A DNA stretch of 9,073 nucleotides, taken from Candidatus Vampirococcus lugosii (lineage in GTDB: Bacteria > Patescibacteriota > Gracilibacteria > Absconditabacterales > Absconditicoccaceae). Under the pieces are notes generated by a model. It ran no database searches. It saw only the letters and a list, made by a program, of their open reading frames with translations, and was not told where the DNA came from. The DNA is taken from assembly GCF_018420025.1 (NCBI RefSeq), contig NZ_JAEDAM010000046.1, positions 1 to 9,073 on the forward strand, written 5' to 3'. Shown here one piece after another: positions 1 to 7,470 of this stretch. How positions within the stretch are numbered: the first letter of the stretch is position 1; each line of letters opens with the position of its first letter. The translations under genes were made by a program, and so were the position numbers.

Positions 1-3000
1 ATTTTCATTTTCATATAAATCAATCAAAATTGTTTTATAATTCAATAAAGATTTATTATTGAATTCATAATTAATATTATGAAACTTTGATAAATTTGAG
101 TAAAATTTATTTATTTGAATAGGGGAGTATGGATTGAATTTATTATTTTCTGTTCATAAAATTCAAACTCAACATGTCCATCTAATACTTGAATCATAAA
201 TTCAATCTAAATTTCAAATATCTGTAATATAACATCATTTGTTTGCATTTAAATTAATTATTGAAGTATTATCATTTATAGATTTTATTAATTTTGCTAA
301 TTCTTTTTTTGTAATAATATTATCTAACTTATCAAATATATCTTCTTCTACTACTCAATTTTTTATATAATAATTTATAATATTTTCAATATTATTTTCA
401 TTTTTTTTATTTTTGTTTATTAATTTATTAATTTTTTCATAATTTTCATTAAATATATTATATATATAATCAAATTTTTTATAATTTTCAAAAATAATCT
501 CTTTATAAATAGGATTTCTTGTTTCTAAAAAATAATCTATTCATAATATCATATATTGATAATAAATTAACATTTCTTGATAATATTTATTTCAAGATAA
601 AATTTTATCAAATTTATTAAAATTTATTATTTTATTAAATAAATATAATTTTTCTTTTAATTCTTTATTTTCAATTTTTATTCTTTTATTTATGTTTTTT
701 CATTTTTTTTCATAAATTATTTTTTCTAAAATTTTATTTATAGCTTCGTTTTTATTATTTTTTTCTAATTTTTTATTTTTTTGATCTTCTTTTACTTTTT
801 TATTTTCCTGTTTGTCATTTTTTTTATCTTTATCTTCTTTTTCTTTATTTTCTTCTTTTTTATCTTTATTTTGATTATTTTCTTCCAATTTTTTATCTTT
901 TTGATTTTCTTTTGGTACTGTCCATCTTGTTCATCCTCAACCTCAAGAAATTCTCTTTTTACAAGAATTTCAAAATTTTGTATATCAAGAATTGCAAGTT
1001 ATTTCCCAATCAGACCAATTTCAATTATGCCAAGTTCTTTTTTTGAATCATCAACAAATATTTTCTTTTTGAGTTTTTCAAACACATTTATTATTTTTCA
1101 ATAAATAATTTTCATCACAAGTTATTTCCCAATCAGACCAATTTCAATTATGCCAAGTTCTTTTTTTGAATCATCAATCAACATTTTCTTTTTGAGTTTT
1201 TCAAACACATTTATTATTTTTCAATAAATAATTTTTATCACAAGTTATTTCCCAATCAGACCAATTTCAATTATGCCAAGTTCTTTTTTTGAATCATCAA
1301 TAAATATTTTCTTTTTGAGTTTTTCAAACACATTTTCAATTTTCACTATGTTCATTATCTCATAAACAAATAGGAAAATATCATTTATATAAGTAATTAT
1401 TTATATTTTTAGCAATAAATGTCTGATCCCAATTATTTTTATCTACTTTTCTTATGTTTTTTATTAACTCATCTATACTTCAAGATTTATTTATAAAATC
1501 TAGATAACTTCCTAAACTTCTACTTTCATCATAAAAATAATATTTTTCATTATTCGCATTATTTTCATATTCATTTTTCCAATTATCAAAGTTTATTCTG
1601 CTTCATATTTTCAAATAAAAAGAATTATAATCAGATTTATTATAATAAATATTATTTTTGAAATTCCATTTATCAATATGTTCATAATCAATAGCTCTTA
1701 TAAAATCATCTTCTCAATCAAAAGATAATATATTTCCAGAAAAAATCATATTTTCTATTTCTCAAAGTTTTCAATTTATTCATTCATAATTATGATCTAA
1801 ATATTCAATTTGTAATCAAATTCAATTTTTTAAATTATGAATAATATTTCAATTTATTGAAACATTTTTTGAAATTCAAGACGAAGAAATTCAATAAACA
1901 TTATTTATTTGATTTTCTTCTTGATTTATAATTAGATTATTTTTTACTTTTCATCAGTCCCAATCAGATATTCAAATTGCCCATCATAAATTTCTATTTG
2001 TAGGTCTAGGCCATCAAATATTAGTAAATATATTATTTTCTATATTTATATCTTGCCAACGAAATTCTGAAGTTAGCCAATCAGATCTTGTATTTCATCA
2101 CATACTAATTCAAATTTCTCATCAAATATATAAATTATTTTTTAATAAAATATTCCAAGATCAAACTGAGCCATCTCAAGTATTAGAAGTAAATTTTGTT
2201 CCTATACTTGCTCATCTAGAAAAAATATTGCCACTAAATACAGAATCAAAAATTCAACTAGCATATACATTATGATTAAACATTGTTGCTTTTCCGTGTC
2301 ATCAAGATCAATCTTGTGAATACCATCAATTATGATCAAAAATATTTTCTTCAAGATTTGCACTTAAACTTGATAAATATAATCATTGAGAGTGTCAGTT
2401 TCAATCACTATAATTATTTAAAATTGTATTTCTTCTAAAATCAAGTCCCCAAATAGTTGTATCATTATTTCAATATCCAGAAATTACATTACTTGTATAA
2501 TAAGAAAATTTATTTCATTCTAACAATATTCATTTTCATTCTCAAACTATTCTCAAACCTCTACTTCAATTAATTCAAGTAAATTCTTCACTATCAGGAT
2601 TTCTTGTATGAGCATAAAATTCTATTCAAGAAATAACTAAATTTCTAAATTCTCAAGTTATAGAAAATCATTGTTCTTTTCAAGTTTTAAATAAAGGCAT
2701 TTTTTTTCATGTTCAATAACTTGTAATTACAAAAGGATTTGATTTTGATTCTCAAAATTTATTTAAATTTCAAAATCATTCATAAAATACACTTCATTTT
2801 TTTATTAATAAAAAATCATTTGAATTATTTCTAATTAAGGAATAAGCTTTCTCAAAAGAATTACAAGAAATTATATTTTGTGGTAAATAAATATTTTCTC
2901 AAATTTCATTTTTTGAATAAGATTTACATTTTTCATCATTTCAATCATTACTTAAATAAACTATTCTTGAATTTTCTGAAGCTTCTAAAATAGTCCATCA

Positions 3001-6000
3001 ATCATTATCTTTTGGTAAATTTAAAAAATATTTTGAGCTATCAACTTTTTTCCTTGGATCAACAGGAACTGTATTGTGATTTTTGTTTACACAAATTGCT
3101 CATAATCAATTATTTTTATTTTCATAATCAAAATTATCAAATTTTTCATCTCAAAAATCAAATCTTTTTGAAATTGCTCTTTCTTCTCAATTTTCATCAG
3201 CAGTCCAAAGATGAAGTCTTGTTCAATTTTGATTTAAAAATCATAAGTCATTGCGAAATCAAGCAAGTCATAAATTATTTATTTTATTATCAATATTTTC
3301 AAAATCTTTATTTTTTGGTAAAGTCCAATTTTTTCATAATAAAGAACAAATTCAATTATTATTTTCTCCAAAAGCAGTTTTCCAAGTATAAAGTCAATAA
3401 AAATCATCAGGACAATTTTTATTAGTACAAGTTGATTTTGACTGTATTATATAAGAATTTTCTCACCAATTATTACATTTTGCTCATCAAGAAAAACATC
3501 TTTTTCAAATTCAAGTATGTTTTACTAATTCTTGAAGCCATAAATTTCAATCTTTCATAATTTCAATATTATAATTATAATCTATTCATTCAATATTTAC
3601 TTTTAATATTCATTTATCTCAAATTTTTGTTCAATCTCAATTAGTCCATTTAATAGTATTTTCTTGAAAAGAAAAGTTTTCTATTTTTTCTCAAACACTT
3701 ACAAATACTGGACTTGTTCAAATTTCTAAATTTATATTATTATCATTTATATTTATTATTTCTTGAAAATAATTTATACTATCAGTTCAAAGTTTTTCAA
3801 AAAGTGCTTTATTGTAATCATTTATTTGTAAATCATAATTTCTTGTTTGTCAGTTTTCAATATTTGGATCCCAAATAGCAAAAGTTTTTTTATCATTTTC
3901 TTTTGATTTAAAAGAAAAAATATATAAATCTTCATCTTCAGAAATAATTTTATCAAAATACATATCTCACAATATTTTTTTTAAACTTATTACAGAATAA
4001 TAAGATTGTTTTGGAGTCCAATCTCATTTTGGTCAAGTAAGTCAAGAACTTGAATGTTTAGTAGTATTTTCAGGATTTACATCTCTTAACATATACATAG
4101 AAATTTTATCAAGTCATGTAGATAATCATATCAAATATCATCTAACAATCCAATTTGCTTGATTTTGTTCATTAATAGCAGTATATTCAGATTTAGGATT
4201 AGTATCCCAACCAAATTCTGTAAGCCAGACTTGTTTATCAGGATAATTTGTATTTCTCCATAAAACTATTTCTCTTAATCTTTCAAAATAATCATTTTTT
4301 TCAGGAGCTTTATCAGTATTATAAGAATGAAAATTAATTACATCAGGAACAAATTTTTTATCATCACGATTTGCTTCAAACCATATTTTCATAAGATTTA
4401 AATAATTTGTCATACTTGAATATCAAACTAATCATCACATAACTAATTTTGAATTAGGATCAGCATTTTTAATTCAAACATTATCTCATAATTTTCATTC
4501 ATGTCAGTCATAATCAGCACTTAACATTGTAGCAAATTCATAAGGAGAAAAGTAAGCATCTCTTCAAGCCCAGTTTTTGTTTGGTTCATTAAAATTTTCA
4601 AAATATTTAATATATCCAAGTCATGATTTTTTTTCTTGATTATCAGCAAGTAATAATTTATCTTCATCAACTTTATTACTTCAATATCTTGCCACAAACT
4701 GAAACATATGTTTTGCATGTTCAATATATGAAGCAGGATCCAAAGGATCTTTTCATTCTTTTATAGGTTTATTATTATGATTTGAATATTCTTTTCAATC
4801 TCATAAAATCCAATTAGCATTTCATTGAATAGCTGGTATTACTTCAATTCATAATTCAGACAAATTTTGATAATAAGCATCAAAATTCCAAATATTATTT
4901 CCACTAGGATTAAACATTTTTTCATTTTTACTTGATCAGTCCCAAGTCATAGAATGATATTCTCTAATATGTCCAAAATTTTTTAATAAATCAATAGGAT
5001 CATCAATAAAAGCATTTAATCAAATAGATTCTCAAATATTTATTCAAAAATCAGGATTTTTTTCAACTGGTTCTTTATCTTTCAAATCTATTTCTTTATT
5101 TAAATATCAATATATTCAAATTTGTTTAATTCAAGAATCAGCATTATCAACGACTAATCTTAAATATCTAGTATTTATATTATCAACTTCTATTATTCTC
5201 CATTTATTATATTTATCAAGTTTTTGAGAAAAGACAAAATCCCATTCAAAAGCTTTTCAAGAATAAACTTTTAATTCTGGATTTCAATTTGAATCAAAAA
5301 ATCAAATATGAGTTATTGTATAATCTCATTTTAAATCTATAATTGCAGATTTTGGTAAATAATCTTTATTTCTAATAGCTTGCCAATTATCTCAAGTAAA
5401 AATTTTTTTTAATTTTTCTTGTGGATTATTTGGAACTTGATCTTGATTATCTACTAAACTATAAGCTTTTGTTATAAAATTATCATGATAATGAGAAATA
5501 TTTTCATCAAATATCATTGATTTATCAAGTTTAATTAATTTTGATTTTTGTGATTCAAGTTTTTCTATAAAATCAATCAAAGCATTATATTTATATCAAA
5601 CTTTTAAATCTTGATTTAAATGAGTTAAAGCTCACCAAGATCAATATTTTGATTGTTTTCATATATCAGTAAAATGTGCAAGTAATCATCATCAATTATC
5701 GCTCCAAGCATTTAACATTAATTCATATAAATCATAAATTCAAGGATTAGTATTTATTTGTTTAAAAAATTCTGTTACTTGTTTATCTTCTTGAGCATAA
5801 GATCAAAGTCAAGAAATATGTTGTCAACCTTCATAAGCTATTAAATTAAGTCAATATTTATCAGCTTTTTCTTTATGATATTTTATTTTTTGAGTTAAAC
5901 TAGGTATTCAAGATCAAGTAAAATATTTTTCTTCTTTTATTTGTTCAAAAGCTTTAGTAAATGCATTTTGTGGAAAATCTTCATTTATTCAATCTTTTCA

Positions 6001-7200
6001 ATCAAGCCAATCTTTTATAATATTTTTATTTTCTTCTTTTTGTAAGCTTCAATTAAAATAAGTTGTTATTGCATAAGAATCAATATTTTCATAACAAACT
6101 TCATTTCATTCTTCAACATAATAAGGACATTCCAAAATTTTTAATTCCATTCCTTCCCAAGCTGTTTGAGTACTTGCTACACAGTTAATTCTTGAATTAT
6201 CATTAAAAACTTGATTTTTGAAAATATTACAAATTTGATTAATTCTCATTCAGTGATATTGCATAAAAGCATCTGCTTTATCTTCTCACCATCTTTCTTT
6301 TCATTTTTTTAATCAATAATGTGCTTGATCAAACATCCAATTCCAAGTTTCGTTACTATATTCTATATAAGAAATTAAATTTTCATTTAAATTATTTTTT
6401 ATTGTTTCTGCAAAATTTTGAATATAATCATCTCAACTTGTATGATGAATTGTAAACCAAGGATTAGAATTTAGTTTATTTGATAATTTAATCATAATTT
6501 CAAGAGGAACTCATTTTGTTGACCAAATACGATCATTTATTTGGGGTCTTTTGTTCCAAGTTGATTGATCTATATCATTGTTTGTTCTCATCCAAACCAT
6601 AAATCTCAAAGTAGAAAAATCTTTTATTATATCAAGCCAATCAGGATTAAAAATTTCATTTTTTTCAAAATTTTTTTTAAATTTTTTGGGGATTATTTTA
6701 ATATTTCTTAAATGATTATTTTGATCAATATCTTTTATTTCAAGCCATAAATAATTATTATTTAATTTTATATGTTTTTCTCAATCTTTTTCTTGTAAAA
6801 TATCAGCTCAAGATATTTTTAAATCTCAATTTCATTCATAATAAATAATATATTCATCATAAGGTATCATTTCTTTTTGATTTCAATGAAAAATTATAGT
6901 CCTTGCATAATCAAAAACTATATCGTTCTCAAATCATTTTATCCATCAATTTTCATCCAAAATTAATTTATCACTTTCTTTAGTATCCCAAGAATTTCAA
7001 TTTTCCAAATTATCACAATTTGTATTTCACCATTCGCATCAAGTTTGCCAATTTGATGCTTGTTTCATAAAATCAATAAAAGGATATTGAGTAGACCAAT
7101 AACTTATTCCTTCTGGGTTCATTCATATAGAAGTATTATTTGCATAACTTGTATTTAGTGTAAATAAAATAAGTGTTAGTAGTAGGATTACTTTTTTCAT
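1..7200 (-). CDS. Giant secreted multidomain carbohydrate-active / adhesin-like protein, over 2400 aa. The 3' end lies beyond the left edge of the window. It is readable only if TGA is a sense codon (Gly, table 25).
   Basis: ATG at 7200..7198 is preceded by an in-frame TAA at 7212..7210. From there 2400 consecutive codons run down to position 1 with no in-frame TAA or TAG, but with about 177 in-frame TGA (hand count). The N-terminus is MKKVILLLTLILFTLNTSYA. Residue n corresponds to the codon whose highest coordinate is 7200-3(n-1). Domain evidence is listed in the sub-features. Confidence 0.9.
646..945 (-). other. Gly5 hinge followed by a K/E/N/D-rich low-complexity stalk (aa ~2086-2185)
   Basis: SGGGGGT is encoded as TGA GGT TGA GGA TGA (931-945). 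It is followed by KENQKDKKLEENNQNKDKKEENKEKEDKDKKNDKQENKKVKEDQKNKKLEKNNKNEAINKILEK... Confidence 0.7.
995..1335 (-). repeat. In-frame tandem repeat with a 123-bp (41-codon) period and about 2.8 copies, encoding a Trp/Cys-rich module
   Basis: Copies lie at 1213-1335, 1090-1212 and ~995-1089. The string caagttatttcccaatcagaccaatttcaattatgccaagttc recurs at 995, 1118 and 1241. Full copies differ by only a handful of bases. The protein unit is KCVGKTQKENI(Y/D/C)GGFKKRTWHNGNWSDWEITC(D/N)xNYLLKNN. Confidence 0.9.
1372..2988 (-). other. Right-handed parallel beta-helix (pectate-lyase-fold / PbH1-repeat) module with its N-cap and C-terminal tail (aa ~1405-1943)
   Basis: The cap is RIVYLSNDGNDEKC ... 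FLLIKKGSVFYEGF ... NPFVITSYGTGKKMPLF. Stacked turns of ~22-25 aa follow: LVISGIEFYA, LRIVGEGKGILLEGNKF, TTIWGLDFRRNTILNNY, GHSQGLYLSSLSANLEENIFDHNGW, ATMFNHNVYASGIFDSVFSGNIFSRG, WNILLKNNLYIGG, QDINIENNIFTNIG, GKVKNNLIINQ, KNVSINGNIIHNL, ENMIFSGNILSF. The tail is LGSYLDFINKSGSIDELIKNIRKVDKNNWDQTFIAKNINNYLYKGY. Confidence 0.65.
3085..3501 (-). other. Cys-containing lectin-like module resembling the Fibrobacter succinogenes major paralogous (FISUMP, TIGR02145-type) domain (aa ~1234-1372)
   Basis: Sequence: CFSGGAKCNNWGENSY..CTNKNCPDDFYGLYTWKTAF..GICSLLGKNWTLPKNKDFENI..LGLAGFRNDLGFLNQNGTRLHLWTADENGEERAISKRFDF..NNGLGAICV. The remembered family layout is YGrLYnW..A, then CP.GWhlP..eW..L, then GF.a.paG.R, then fWs, ending g.svRCv. 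This is a recognition-level call only. Confidence 0.4.
3691..5046 (-). other. Glycoside hydrolase module 2, a clan GH-A-like barrel plus a C-terminal beta-sandwich-like tail (aa ~719-1170)
   Basis: Motifs seen: IGLNAFIDDP, IREYHSMTWDG, FENFNEPNKNW (Glu872, codon 4585-4587), ADYDGHEGKLGDNVG, LVMGGLVG, VINFHSYN, VWLTEFGWDT (Glu995, codon 4216-4218), QANWIVRGYLIGL and SSGLTG..PKQSYYS. The tail is DLYIFSFKSKENDKKTFAIWDP...SPVFVSV. Confidence 0.65.
5104..5400 (-). other. F5/8 type C (discoidin / CBM32-like) carbohydrate-binding module (aa ~601-699)
   Basis: Sequence: FTGDNWQAIRNKDYLPKSAIIDLKGDYTITHIGFFDSNGNPELKVYSGKAFEWDFVFSQKLDKYNKWRIIEVDNINTRYLRLVVDNADSGIKQIGIYGY. This matches the remembered discoidin pattern: W...xxDLxxxxxIxxI, then Y.i..S.dg..W, then aRYlRl, and an ending of IxEIxvyG. 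Confidence 0.55.
5581..7128 (-). other. Glycoside hydrolase module 1, a clan GH-A-like (beta/alpha)8 barrel (aa ~25-540); family not assignable by eye
   Basis: Motifs seen: IGMNPEGISYWSTQYPFIDFMKQASNW, LRFMVWMRTNN, GVPLEIMIKLSN, PWFTIHHTSGDDY, YIEYSNETWN (Asn283-Glu284, Glu codon 6349-6351), LIAYEGGQH (Glu457, codon 5830-5832) and YGSWGAL. An Asn-Glu acid/base followed by a later Glu nucleophile is the GH-A layout. Confidence 0.6.
7141..7200 (-). other. Sec-type signal peptide of the giant protein (aa 1-20), with cleavage likely after SYA
   Basis: MKK is followed by the hydrophobic stretch VILLLTLILFTL and then NTSYA|NN, a small-x-small cleavage pattern. There is no Cys, so it is not a lipobox. 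Confidence 0.7.
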
Positions 7201-7220
7201 AAGTGTTTTTTAAAATGTAA

Positions 7221-7249
7221 ATTTTATCTAAAAAAAGCAATTTTACCAA
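7221..7249 (-). promoter_or_regulatory. Candidate sigma70-like promoter for the giant gene
   Basis: The minus strand reads TTGGTA (7249..7244), then 17 nt, then TAAAAT (7226..7221), about 20 nt upstream of ATG 7200. Such hexamers carry little information in DNA this AT-rich. Confidence 0.3.
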
Positions 7250-7470
7250 TTTTCAAATAAATAAATATTTCTAATTAAATTTCATTTTTTATATACTCAC
7301 ATGAAAAAATATTCATTATCAGTTGGTAAATTTAGATTATATAACCTAATCTTTATATCTTCCTTATCTTTTAAAAAAGATATATTTTCTTTTTTAACAT
7401 TTTCAGGAAAATCTCATAAATCATTTAAATGTGTATCTTCTTGGCAATAGCCTAATATTTTTATTATAAT
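7243..7470 (-). other. Open frame segment shifted +1 from the lipoprotein frame, overlapping and extending past the lipoprotein stop; possibly a frameshifted C-terminal extension
   Basis: 76 codons are free of TAA/TAG between TAG 7473..7471 and TAA 7245..7243: IIIKILGYCQEDTHLNDLGDFPENVKKENISFLKDKEDIKIRLYNLNLPTDNEYFFMGVYKKGNLIRNIYLFENW. The only ATG is at 7302..7300, 19 codons before the stop. Confidence 0.3.

Noticed and set aside
781-1104. Plus-strand 107-aa ORF from the track (a poly-Phe/Ile protein)
   Set aside because: It is antisense to the charged-stalk and repeat region of the giant gene. It is a low-complexity F/I string produced by the complement of K/E/N codons, with no independent support.
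995-1335. The 123-bp tandem repeat as a CRISPR array, satellite or mobile-element terminus
   Set aside because: The copies are directly adjacent with no spacers. The period is exactly 41 codons, and the repeats are in frame within the giant ORF, so this is a coding domain repeat.
3012-3425. Plus-strand 137-aa ORF from the track
   Set aside because: It lies entirely antisense to the continuous minus-strand frame (the FISUMP-like module and the beta-helix cap). Its composition is a by-product of the opposite strand, and it contains no recognisable motif.
4521-4724. Minus-strand 67-aa ORF from the track (MNMQNICFSLWQ...)
   Set aside because: It is in a different frame from the flanking 4138..4413 and 5392..5580 segments, which belong to the 2400-codon frame. 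It overlaps the well-supported FENFNEPNKNW region read in the correct frame.
1-7200. Interpreting the shattered standard-code ORFs as a decayed pseudogene or non-coding AT-rich DNA
   Set aside because: Only one of the three standard stops ever interrupts the frame. There are no TAA or TAG codons in 2400 codons of DNA where those triplets should be the commonest stops. Catalytic and structural motifs are intact.
7365-7382. AT-only palindrome tatcttttaaaaaagata just downstream of the lipoprotein stop, considered as a terminator hairpin
   Set aside because: The stem has 8 bp with only one G:C pair and a 2-nt loop, and no trailing U-tract follows on the minus strand. Such palindromes are expected by chance in DNA this AT-rich.
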